This document shows, one piece after another, positions 21,019-30,052 of a stretch of 64,000 nucleotides of DNA (position 1 is the stretch's first letter; every line of letters begins with the position of its first letter). Source of the stretch: a virus. Made by a program: the position numbers and the translations under genes. The notes below the pieces were generated by a model. The model did not search any database. It was not told where the DNA came from and worked only from the letters and a program-made list of their open reading frames with translations. The stretch spans positions 1-64,000 of IMG/VR virus record IMGVR_UViG_3300045977_000235. One strand, given 5' to 3'.

Positions 21019-21414
21019 TCATTCAACATCTTTACACACTTCCATATAAAAAATAATGAATACGTTTCTTTGTGGATCAATCTCATTAAAATATGGTGGA
21101 TGTTCAGGTTTACATGCTAAGTAACGTACTCCATTTATTGTTTGATTATGTACTGCGCCGAACAATTTATAAACTCCTTGAGCAGTATTTCTTGCTACTT
21201 CATATCGTGGATTTTTTACCCAAACTATAAGCCGTGGTTCTTCATATCGCATTTGTGGTTCTTCAAGTGTATAAAATACGTCATAACCATATTCTTCTGT
21301 AATAGCAATATATGCAGCAGGTTCGCTCGGTAACACACCTAAAAAAATGGTAGATCCTAATTGACCAAACCCATTTTCCTGAAGATATAAAGCTAAATCA
21401 TCTAATACACTCAT
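21019..21414 (-). CDS. Tail terminator-like protein ('minor capsid' family)
   Basis: LALYLQENGFG.LGSTIFLG.LP, EEPRL.VWVK...YEVA; synteny. Confidence 0.78.
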   Translation of the reverse strand: MSVLDDLALYLQENGFGQLGSTIFLGVLPSEPAAYIAITEEYGYDVFYTLEEPQMRYEEPRLIVWVKNPRYEVARNTAQGVYKLFGAVHNQTINGVRYLACKPEHPPYFNEIDPQRNVFIIFYMEVCKDVE

Positions 21415-21423
21415 ATATTTCTT

Positions 21424-21858
21424 TCATTTTATTATAGATAACAAGTTCATCATAGCTGCATATAAATCACGTTGGACATTCTCTATTTCTGCATCAAAAG
21501 GATCTGATAAATAATGTGCTTGTGTTTGGCCTTTATGTCGAATGATTTTACCTGTTCGTCCATCAATAACTCTATCATGAACCACTAATGCATAAGGTAC
21601 AAACGGATTTTTCCCAAAACTTACTTCAACAACATGACTTGTTGATGAAGGACTTGTGTATATATCAAGTCTTGCACTACGTTTTAAATCTCCATAACGT
21701 ATTGGTACAAGAACCTTTGCATTACGTAACACTAATTTTGCTTTTTTTACTAAAACTTCATGTACAGTTTCTGGCCCTTTTTTCTGTATTGTACTTAAAC
21801 GATTTTTTAAAGGAAGTAATCCTTCAATTTTCGTTGTAACACTAGCTGCACGTGGCAT
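21424..21858 (-). CDS. HK97 gp10-like tail completion protein
   Basis: AKVLVPIRYGDLKRS, YALVVH, QAHYLSDP. Confidence 0.82.
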   Translation of the reverse strand: MPRAASVTTKIEGLLPLKNRLSTIQKKGPETVHEVLVKKAKLVLRNAKVLVPIRYGDLKRSARLDIYTSPSSTSHVVEVSFGKNPFVPYALVVHDRVIDGRTGKIIRHKGQTQAHYLSDPFDAEIENVQRDLYAAMMNLLSIIK

Positions 21859-22191
21859 TTATTCACCTGCTCGTCTACCAACAATACAACTAATATATTC
21901 TACACTACTACCTGGACCTCTTTGTTTAAATAATTGAAGTATTGGAAATTGAGGACCATCAAGAAGTGTTATTCTATCATTCAATTTTACTGGTGGATTA
22001 CCATAAAAATACACAGTAGCTCGTTGTAATAATGTGCTTCTATCATCTTCTGCTGATTCTTCATTACGTTCTTCTTGTCGGCCTTTATAAACTACTGGTG
22101 GACCAAACGTATCATTACCATATTCATCTGTACCACTATATGGTTCAACAGTAATATCATGTGTAAATAATGTACTTAATACCCAACTCAT
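21859..22191 (-). CDS. Head closure / stopper protein
   Basis: GTDEYGN..FG, DRITLLDG; synteny after the adaptor. Confidence 0.72.
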   Translation of the reverse strand: MSWVLSTLFTHDITVEPYSGTDEYGNDTFGPPVVYKGRQEERNEESAEDDRSTLLQRATVYFYGNPPVKLNDRITLLDGPQFPILQLFKQRGPGSSVEYISCIVGRRAGE

Positions 22192-22219
22192 ATTACATCC
22201 TTATTAAATAATTTAATCA

Positions 22220-22855
22220 CTACACAAATTTACCATAAGACGTAATAATATATGAAATACTAATAGGCCAGCTTCCACCACCTACACTACTCCCACTTCC
22301 TGTCAAATCAAAATATGAAATTGAATAGTTCCCTAATGATTCACGTCTTACACCAGGATTTGAACGAGTTACACCTTCTCCTGGTACTCCCATTATTGCA
22401 ATCATATCTAAACATGCTTGCTCAAGATCTAATAATTCTGCATCATGAACACCTTCAAGGTATCCTCCAGTATACGTAACTGCAATGTTTCGTATCCCAC
22501 GTGAAAATACAGATTGTGGTAAATAGAGAAAACCAGGATCTAAAATCTTTAATTGACTTAAATCTGTAACAATAATGGTTTCTATTAACGTGTTTACATC
22601 ATCATAAATAAGAAGTTCATCAACATCTGTAACAGGATAATTACGTAAAGTTAAAAATTCAGGTTGTAATTCTACTCCATCATATTTTTCATTTGTATAA
22701 AGTCGGCTTTTAAGTTTTCTAGCTGTTAATGCTTCTAAACGTGCTGATGCAGCATTAATAGCCGCTTCTATTTGAGGCACTAATGTTCCTGGTGTTAAAT
22801 TAAATGCTTCTTCTACAGCAGCTACAGTTGTTAATGCCCAAGGTTGTAATGCCAT
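22220..22855 (-). CDS. Head-tail adaptor (gp6/gp15-like)
   Basis: LTTVAAV..INAAS..LE..T.R, LTLRNYPV, VTYTGGY, DLEQACL, RESLGNYSISY. Confidence 0.82.
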   Translation of the reverse strand: MALQPWALTTVAAVEEAFNLTPGTLVPQIEAAINAASARLEALTARKLKSRLYTNEKYDGVELQPEFLTLRNYPVTDVDELLIYDDVNTLIETIIVTDLSQLKILDPGFLYLPQSVFSRGIRNIAVTYTGGYLEGVHDAELLDLEQACLDMIAIMGVPGEGVTRSNPGVRRESLGNYSISYFDLTGSGSSVGGGSWPISISYIITSYGKFV

Positions 22856-22872
22856 ATACTTTCCTATAATAG

Positions 22873-23529
22873 CTAAAGTGATAACGATACTTCTAAATTA
22901 TCAAAAAGAACGGTTGCAGAAGTTACACCAATTTCACTACGAACAAAAAACATTTCATTTGTTGTTACAATATGCCCACTTGTATCAACAACAGATATAA
23001 TTGGCTCCAAATCTGTAAAATCTAATTCAAAACCCCTTTTAATCTTAATTTCTACACCAGATCCATTTACAGCCCATAATACTTCCATTGCATATGGTTT
23101 ATTAAAACCTGTTTCTCCTGCTACTACTGGACCACCTACTAATGTTCCTGTACTATATAATGTTTCGCCAGTTACTTTTCGTAAATAAATAAAATGACTT
23201 CCACCAGTATCAGGATTTAATCGTACACCAGTATAATAAAAATTATTTAATCCAGTAAGCATATTTTGAGCAGAACACATAAAGCATAAACCAGCACGTA
23301 AATATGTTGCAGAACCTGTACCAGTACCTGCTTTTATATTAACTAAAAATCTATATCGTGCAGACGTTAATCCGTGTGGTAAAGGAGTTGTGGGTATTGC
23401 AGTATGAACTTTATTTTCTGCAAATGTTTGAATTAAACAAGAACCTGTTCCAGCAATAACATCATCATATATGCCTGTTCTACATAATCCATCGCCAATA
23501 TTTGTAATCCATTGTTCTGTAAAAGTCAT
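22873..23529 (-). CDS. Divergent member of the tail beta-rich paralogue family (copy 1)
   Basis: MTFTEQW..VIAGTGSCL..HGLTSARYRFL..GLCFMCS..YAMEVLW..KRGFELDFTDL..VLFDN. Its ATG directly follows the upstream TAA in the same frame. Confidence 0.7.
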   Translation of the reverse strand: MTFTEQWITNIGDGLCRTGIYDDVIAGTGSCLIQTFAENKVHTAIPTTPLPHGLTSARYRFLVNIKAGTGTGSATYLRAGLCFMCSAQNMLTGLNNFYYTGVRLNPDTGGSHFIYLRKVTGETLYSTGTLVGGPVVAGETGFNKPYAMEVLWAVNGSGVEIKIKRGFELDFTDLEPIISVVDTSGHIVTTNEMFFVRSEIGVTSATVLFDNLEVSLSL

Positions 23530-24321
23530 TTAACTCTCCCATGTTTCTATATATTGGCTTGTTCCACTTGGGATAGTCATAGTATTGTTCCACGATTCAA
23601 TGTATGCAGAACTCCAACTTCCTTCATATTCCCATGTTTCTAAATATTGACTTGTACTTGTATATGTGGGAGGTTCCCATGTTTCAATATATCGACTTGT
23701 TTCAGTTGTTGTACCATAATCCCAACTATCAAAATATTCTAATGTCCATGTTTTATCTTGACCATAATCCCAATCATCAAAATATGCTAATATCCACGTT
23801 TTTCCTTGATCATAATCCCATGTATCAGTATATTGAAGAACAAATTCACCGAAATCAAAAGGTGCATAATTAAAATCTTCTGACCATAAAAGAACAAACA
23901 ATTCAGCTTCTGTTACAATACCTGAAACACGAAATCTTCCTGAAAAACGTATTGCATCTTCGACATCATTTACCCACGTATATTCAGGTAATAATGCAGT
24001 AAACGTTAAAGGATCTCCTTCACGAAATCGTATACGTAATATTGCAAAAGTTTTTGCATCAAATAAAAAACCTAATCCATAGGTTTCATCAAATCCATGT
24101 GAAGCATTATCTATAATTAAATTACCTTCTAATAGAACTTCGGCACTTTTTAAACCCCTTGCATATTCACGCCATGCGTCTAATGATTCATGATGGGTTA
24201 AATCTAATTCATCGGCAGAAAAATTCATTCCTATAACAGACAATTCAATTATAGGAATAAATTGTGTTCCATCATAAATTTCAAGAGTAGAACCATGTGC
24301 ATGAAACGCTTCACTTGGCAT
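23530..24321 (-). CDS. Tail-tube-protein paralogue with C-terminal Y-x-[DE]-x-W repeats
   Basis: The N-terminal ~140 aa align with 20375-20818 (ADELDLTHHESLDAWREYARGLKS vs ADELDVTSHDSLDAWREFVRGLKS). Tail repeats: YTDTWD, YFDDWD, YFDSWD, YIETWE, YLETWE, YIESWN, YIETWE. Confidence 0.82.
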   Translation of the reverse strand: MPSEAFHAHGSTLEIYDGTQFIPIIELSVIGMNFSADELDLTHHESLDAWREYARGLKSAEVLLEGNLIIDNASHGFDETYGLGFLFDAKTFAILRIRFREGDPLTFTALLPEYTWVNDVEDAIRFSGRFRVSGIVTEAELFVLLWSEDFNYAPFDFGEFVLQYTDTWDYDQGKTWILAYFDDWDYGQDKTWTLEYFDSWDYGTTTETSRYIETWEPPTYTSTSQYLETWEYEGSWSSAYIESWNNTMTIPSGTSQYIETWES

Positions 24322-24324
24322 AAA

Positions 24325-24576
24325 TTATAGTTTCCTCACTTTAGGTACTTTTTTCACAACAACTTCTTCAGATTCCTCTACAATAGGTTCTTCAACTACA
24401 ACTTCTTCTACTGGCGTTTCTTCTGCTTTTTCTGGCTCTTTATCACCATCCACTTTTTCAAACCATGATGGAAAAAGTTCTAACCATTCTTGTGCTTGTG
24501 GATCATCAATAATATCATCTTTATAATACACTTTGTCTGGCGTACTAAATGATTTATACACTAACTTTATCTTCAT
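24325..24576 (-). CDS. Small protein with an acidic tail (possible head accessory)
   Basis: ATG 24576 with GAGGT RBS; lies between capsid and neck genes. Confidence 0.55.
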   Translation of the reverse strand: MKIKLVYKSFSTPDKVYYKDDIIDDPQAQEWLELFPSWFEKVDGDKEPEKAEETPVEEVVVEEPIVEESEEVVVKKVPKVRKL

Positions 24577-24862
24577 CGTGTACCTCACATTCACATGTTT
24601 TGTTTTTCATTTCTTGCACAAAAAGATCCATAATATTTTTAGGAGCACTATTCATAATATAATATGTTACTTTTCCATAATCTTTTTTCAAAACAAGTTC
24701 ATTTGATTCTGTTAAAAGCAACCGATTATTTTTATCCATACAAAAATACTCAACCCATCCACAAATATTACATGCTGCAATACAATTATCAACAAGAAAT
24801 CCATCTTTATATACTTGAACGTAACCAGCATATAATGGAGTTTTTGTGACAGAAATAAACAT
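24554..24862 (-). CDS. Hypothetical protein
   Basis: ORF with upstream AAGGAG, co-oriented with the operon. Confidence 0.5.
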   Translation of the reverse strand: MFISVTKTPLYAGYVQVYKDGFLVDNCIAACNICGWVEYFCMDKNNRLLLTESNELVLKKDYGKVTYYIMNSAPKNIMDLFVQEMKNKTCECEVHDEDKVSV

Positions 24863-25043
24863 ATAATAAATCTCCTTTTATAAACTATTTATTTCTTACC
24901 ATATTTATCAACTGTTACAGGAAAACAATCATTACATAAAACTGCACCTTCACTCCATAATGTTCCAGCAGTTAATAGTACGTATTGATCAGCAACAGAT
25001 TTTATTTTACGACACCATATACACCATAGTCGCATAATATCAC

Positions 25044-25532
25044 CTAAGAGTTTTCTAATAATTTATGTTTTATGACAATCTTTTTACACAATTCAAAAAA
25101 TTCTTCTTGGGTAAGAACACTTTTTGCTCTATTACACGTCCAGCAACACGGTATAACATTTTCTTTAATGTATCCTTTATCTGGATCTACTCTATCAAGT
25201 CCTACTCTATCTGTTGGTCCCGTACCTGGAGAATCCCCACAATAAAAACATGGTAAAAAGATTAAATTATTTAATTCGTCTTGTGTGAGACTAAATTCTA
25301 ATTCACGTTTTTTAGCAGAGTTTACATATTCTGCATATGTAAATTGTAGAAAGTTTTCTTCTTTATACTTCTGGCGTTTTTCTCTATCGACAATCAATCG
25401 TGCTTCTCTACATGAAACACATTCAGGATGGAAAAGACTGATACGTTTAATATACGTATCAAAATATTCTTCTGAAAGAGGATAGTCATTCATACAAGTT
25501 TTACATTGTTGAACTTCTAAAGCATCTATCAT
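25044..25532 (-). CDS. HNH-type (His-Me finger) endonuclease
   Basis: CFYCG..GLDRVDPDKGYIKENVIPCCWTCNRAK plus an N-terminal CxxC..CxxC; GAGGT RBS. Confidence 0.82.
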   Translation of the reverse strand: MIDALEVQQCKTCMNDYPLSEEYFDTYIKRISLFHPECVSCREARLIVDREKRQKYKEENFLQFTYAEYVNSAKKRELEFSLTQDELNNLIFLPCFYCGDSPGTGPTDRVGLDRVDPDKGYIKENVIPCCWTCNRAKSVLTQEEFFELCKKIVIKHKLLENS

Positions 25533-25686
25533 AGCATATTATACCTCTCTTTCCTCTCCGAGTTTTATAAAAGGGCAGAACATAAGAAAAGGAGAGGAAC
25601 TTTCCTTATTTCTCTTGGCCTAGAGTCTGCCCTATATACAACAATTATTTAACTATGTCTATTCCAACATGATTAAATAATTTAAT

Positions 25687-27132
25687 TTATGGAACTACTG
25701 CAATTCCCATAGCAGCAACTGGTTGAGTTGTCATATCATGTAAACTATTAAAGTCCAAACGTGATTTTGCAATCAATGCTACTTGATCAGTAAGAGGAAG
25801 TGGCATTTCAATCACTTGAACAGTTCGTACAGTACCATAAACCATAGCAGTATGATTTACAATATTTACAGTGCTCGTAGTATTTGGACCTGCTACAGTA
25901 TTAAATCCAGTAGCAGCTACATCATTACGTACAAACTCAGAAACAATTACAGGAATACCATCAAACATTCCAAGTTGTCCGGTTTTTACAACAGCATCAT
26001 TACCGAAGCGATCTACGGTAGTAACATCTGCTAATTGCAAAAAAGACTTTAAGTACACAGCAGGGCTACAAATCATAGCTAATTGATCTGGATTCACGCC
26101 ATATTTACCCATTTTAGCGCGTAAATTACGTAAACCTGCTTGATCAAAAGTTGCTAAAGAAATAGTCGTATCTACGGCTGGTTTAATAGCCATAACACGA
26201 TAGCCGTCCCATGCAGTACGTGGATCTGTTGCAGGAGTACCTGTAGCAACATCGTTGTCCTCATGAGTAGCGGTTGTACTACCGTTAATAGTAGCAGTTT
26301 CGATAGCATTAGCTAAAGACATAACAAGTTCATCACGGGCAAAAGGAAGAATAGCCACAATAGAATCTTCTTCTTCCTCAGTAGAGAAAATGGTAAGAGC
26401 ACCAATACCTACTGCCACAAATTGCACATTACGGGTTCCTGGTGTCATTGCAGGAATCATATTTGCCTGAGTCATAACGTTATCTGTATTACGTTCTGCA
26501 ACCTTAAAACCCATTGGTAATGCAGCAACACGAACAGGTAAAGTATATGGGCTACGTGGCATAGTGATGTTACGATGCAATGCAGCAACACGCAAAGCAA
26601 GAGCAATACGATCTTGCAATTCTGCACTAAATTCAGATGGAATAAATTCCAAACCAGTACCAGCACCAGTTGTACTTAATGCACGTTGCAAAATTTGAGT
26701 TTCACGTTGAAATTGTTCAAAATACTTCAAGCTACGTGCTACTTGATCAAAAGTAACATTCGCCATAAGTTGACGATTTTGAACCATTGTTTTATACTTA
26801 TAGTATGTCAACATATATAGATAATCTGAACGTTCTTGAAGTCCACGTAAACAATAATCATCTTTATGTGGGCGAGTTTTATGAATTAAATCATTAAAAT
26901 CCACACGACCATAATTTCTGATTAAATGAGATACTTCAGGAGTATCAGCATCAATATTTGTTTCACCTTTGCGAGACATAGCTGCTTGAACATCAGTCAA
27001 TTTGGTTGTTAAATCGTGTACAGCACGTTCTACAACTTCTTGACGTTCAGACAAAGAAGTGGTAGATGTTTCTAAAGCTAATTTTGCATCAGCTACAGTC
27101 TTAGATAAAAGAGCAATCGCATTTTGATCCAT
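25687..27132 (-). CDS. Major capsid protein (HK97 fold with delta-domain-like N-terminus)
   Basis: RALSTTGAGTG.EFIPSEFS, LANAIETATING, GQLGMFDGIPVIVSEFV; coiled-coil N-terminus. Confidence 0.93.
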   Translation of the reverse strand: MDQNAIALLSKTVADAKLALETSTTSLSERQEVVERAVHDLTTKLTDVQAAMSRKGETNIDADTPEVSHLIRNYGRVDFNDLIHKTRPHKDDYCLRGLQERSDYLYMLTYYKYKTMVQNRQLMANVTFDQVARSLKYFEQFQRETQILQRALSTTGAGTGLEFIPSEFSAELQDRIALALRVAALHRNITMPRSPYTLPVRVAALPMGFKVAERNTDNVMTQANMIPAMTPGTRNVQFVAVGIGALTIFSTEEEEDSIVAILPFARDELVMSLANAIETATINGSTTATHEDNDVATGTPATDPRTAWDGYRVMAIKPAVDTTISLATFDQAGLRNLRAKMGKYGVNPDQLAMICSPAVYLKSFLQLADVTTVDRFGNDAVVKTGQLGMFDGIPVIVSEFVRNDVAATGFNTVAGPNTTSTVNIVNHTAMVYGTVRTVQVIEMPLPLTDQVALIAKSRLDFNSLHDMTTQPVAAMGIAVVP

Positions 27133-27154
27133 ATATTAGTCCTTTCTTAGTAAG

Positions 27155-28303
27155 TTACACTAAAGCCACAATTTGATTACAAGATTCCATAATATCTCGT
27201 AACATCTTATCATACTCATCGGAAGTCTTATCATCCTCATCAGTTTTAATTGGTGGATCTTGTTTTACAACAGATTTCACCATTTTTAACGATTCTTCAA
27301 GTGGTATACCACAATCATTTAATGTCAAAAGAATGTTATCCTCCGATACAAGATGTTTTCTTAGAAAAGAAATTACTTGGAGAGAAGTCCATTGTTTATG
27401 AGCAAAATCTGGTGGCAAAACCTGTCCATATTCATCATAATGCTTACTTAAATGATCATAAGCATGTTGAGCACCTTCAATATCTTTTGTTGCGCCGTTT
27501 ATACGGGCTAATCCCATACACACTGCTTCAAAAGATGTTACTATATTCCCGTTCTCTATCATATGATGTGGTGCATATTCACCATACGCATATGCATAGG
27601 TATTTGCTGTCTCTGTTGATAGAGCGATTAAAATATCCCAAGGTGTATTTGTAAATGCATAAGGTACATAAGGAACTATTTTTTCATCATCAGAAGTTTT
27701 TTCTATATACTGAAGTGAAGAAATTAAATTATTTAATTCGTTCACTTTTTGTAATATTTCTTCAACTGGCGTAATTTTTGTTTCAATAATTCCAATGAGT
27801 TTCAAAAATTGTTCATCAATACTTTTACGTACTGCACCAGCATTCATAGGTATTCCAACAAGAGAATATTCAACTAATTCGCTTTCTAAAATCCTTTGTG
27901 GAGGAAACATCTGTGCCCAAATATCGTCTTTGTCTTTTGATTCTATATCTTCAACCTTTAAAGGAATCAAACCAACCGAACACGCATTTAAAAAACCAGT
28001 ATTCCACAAATTCTTTATCCTATCTGCATGAACATCGCCCTCTGCAAAAACAAATTTGCTTTCTAATTTATGCATAAAGGTTTTCATAGACGTTGCTTTA
28101 GCAATAGGCGCACTACCAACAACAGGATCTCTACCATGCTGAAATAGAACTACAGGATTATTACTTAAATATTTATCATATTTAATTCCTGTACTTACAA
28201 TAACATCACCACTTCTATCTTCTTGATCAGTGCTTATAATCACTCCATATTCTTCTTCATTTCGTTGCTTTTCAACAACATACGAATATTCTTTATATTT
28301 CAT
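27155..28303 (-). CDS. HK97-type prohead protease with C-terminal extension
   Basis: ISTDQEDRSGDVI, NPVVLFQH, GFLNACSVG, ELVEYSLVGIPMN. Confidence 0.9.
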   Translation of the reverse strand: MKYKEYSYVVEKQRNEEEYGVIISTDQEDRSGDVIVSTGIKYDKYLSNNPVVLFQHGRDPVVGSAPIAKATSMKTFMHKLESKFVFAEGDVHADRIKNLWNTGFLNACSVGLIPLKVEDIESKDKDDIWAQMFPPQRILESELVEYSLVGIPMNAGAVRKSIDEQFLKLIGIIETKITPVEEILQKVNELNNLISSLQYIEKTSDDEKIVPYVPYAFTNTPWDILIALSTETANTYAYAYGEYAPHHMIENGNIVTSFEAVCMGLARINGATKDIEGAQHAYDHLSKHYDEYGQVLPPDFAHKQWTSLQVISFLRKHLVSEDNILLTLNDCGIPLEESLKMVKSVVKQDPPIKTDEDDKTSDEYDKMLRDIMESCNQIVALV

Positions 28304-28372
28304 AGAATTTCACCTTCCTTTACAAAATTAACAACAATGCATTTCCATTTTCTATAAAATTAAATAATTTAA

Positions 28373-29752
28373 TTATTGCCTTTCACTATCTGGTGCATCT
28401 TCGCCTTCATTTCCTACTGTTTGGCCCGCGTTATCATCATCTTCATCACTTGGTTCTGGCCTAGTGTTAGAATCTGGTCTTTGTTCAGCACCTCCAGGTC
28501 CAGTATTTTGTTCTGATAAATTTTTAGCTTCATCTATACGCATTAACGTACTTAGAATGAATCTTTCTTCACCTGCTTCTTTATCTTCCAAAGGAGCTAA
28601 TTTAAGTCCCATTCGTGCTTCATTTACACTCACTAGACCGTTTTGAAATCTTATACGCATTTGTGTTTCTTTTTCTAACTCATTTACGTATTCTGGTAAT
28701 TCTTCTATATCAAATGATGCTTCTAAATTCGGAGCTATGTATCTCAATAATAATGTATCTAAATCACTTGCTAATCCTCTCATCATGGGCAATACTCTTG
28801 TATATAAAAAAAGTTGTAACTGTTCTTTCAAATTTGAGTAATCCCCATCTTCTAAACCCATAATAGCAGGTCCACTACGTTGTCCAGAAATAATATCTTG
28901 TCTATTTACTTTACGAGCATCTGTTAATTCAAGATCTTTCAAATCAGACGATATAGGATTATACTTCAATCCACCATGAAGAATAATAGGACTAAATGCT
29001 CCCCTAAGTTTTTGTCTAAACTGTATGAACTTCTTTTCAAGTCGTTCTATCTGTGTATCAGATAAGAAAATATCTGTACTAAATACACCATCTGGTCTTG
29101 CATTGTTCTCATAAAATTTGATCTGGTACTGTAAAGCAAGTAAATCTGCTGCAATACTAAGTTGTGCAGGACTAATAGATGACATTCCATAAAAAGAATC
29201 TGTAGGATGGAATGCTTTAAAATGCACAATATTATCTACTCGAAATATTACAGGATCTCCTGTACCTCTCCCTTTTGGATAATACCGATATTCCTTGATT
29301 AAATTATTTTTATCTGGTACAATTTCCATGAGATCTGGCCGAATAACATAAATAAATTCTGGTTTACTTTTGCTAGGTGTTATTTCCCAATAACAATCAC
29401 CACACAAACGTAAAAAAGATACAGTAGCTTCCCATAATCTAAAACGTGACATCCAAGGATTAGGATGTCTTAATGGTTCCATAATTTTATCATAGGTTAA
29501 ATCTGTTATCTTTTTTGCTTGTTTCTTATATATTTTTAATGGTATTTGGGCTGAAACTTCTGCAATAACACTTACAGCATTATATACCCATATAGATTTT
29601 TCATATGTTTGCATAAGTGTAGAATCATCTTCACGTGGAAGTAAGCCTAATTTACGTGAACCTTGCTCACTAAAAGCAGCATCTACAGTTACTTCCGTAC
29701 CTAATGTTCTCTCTAAACGAGACACAAATTTATGTGAAGCTAAACCTAACAT
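28373..29752 (-). CDS. Portal protein (HK97 family)
   Basis: VYNAVSVIA, PNPWMS, IVHFK..P...YGMSSI, FYENNARPDG, NEARM..L.P. Confidence 0.95.
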   Translation of the reverse strand: MLGLASHKFVSRLERTLGTEVTVDAAFSEQGSRKLGLLPREDDSTLMQTYEKSIWVYNAVSVIAEVSAQIPLKIYKKQAKKITDLTYDKIMEPLRHPNPWMSRFRLWEATVSFLRLCGDCYWEITPSKSKPEFIYVIRPDLMEIVPDKNNLIKEYRYYPKGRGTGDPVIFRVDNIVHFKAFHPTDSFYGMSSISPAQLSIAADLLALQYQIKFYENNARPDGVFSTDIFLSDTQIERLEKKFIQFRQKLRGAFSPIILHGGLKYNPISSDLKDLELTDARKVNRQDIISGQRSGPAIMGLEDGDYSNLKEQLQLFLYTRVLPMMRGLASDLDTLLLRYIAPNLEASFDIEELPEYVNELEKETQMRIRFQNGLVSVNEARMGLKLAPLEDKEAGEERFILSTLMRIDEAKNLSEQNTGPGGAEQRPDSNTRPEPSDEDDDNAGQTVGNEGEDAPDSERQ

Positions 29753-29761
29753 AATATACCT

Positions 29762-29980
29762 TTAAATTAATCGGCCAAGTTTTAGAATTAACATTAATGA
29801 AAATGATGTTGTCCACAAAGCAACATTAAATAAACCTGTATAATATAAAAATCGTGTTATGAAAGGAGCATTATGTTCTAGCACTGACGTATAAACAATC
29901 CAAACAGAATATGCCGTAAATGCAAAATACAACAACAAACCAAATCCTAATAACAAATCAGGAATAACAGGAAGTATCAT
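29762..29980 (-). CDS. Small two-TM membrane protein
   Basis: ATG 29980 with AGGAG RBS; two hydrophobic stretches. Confidence 0.6.
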   Translation of the reverse strand: MILPVIPDLLLGFGLLLYFAFTAYSVWIVYTSVLEHNAPFITRFLYYTGLFNVALWTTSFSLMLILKLGRLI

Positions 29981-30052
29981 ATATAATCTCCTACGTTCAA
30001 TTAAATAATTTAATGTTGTATATAGGAACAATCCTATTAGTAGATTTATTCC

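Noticed and set aside
29762-29980. Holin call
   Set aside because: Only hydrophobicity supports it, and no endolysin was recognised in the window.
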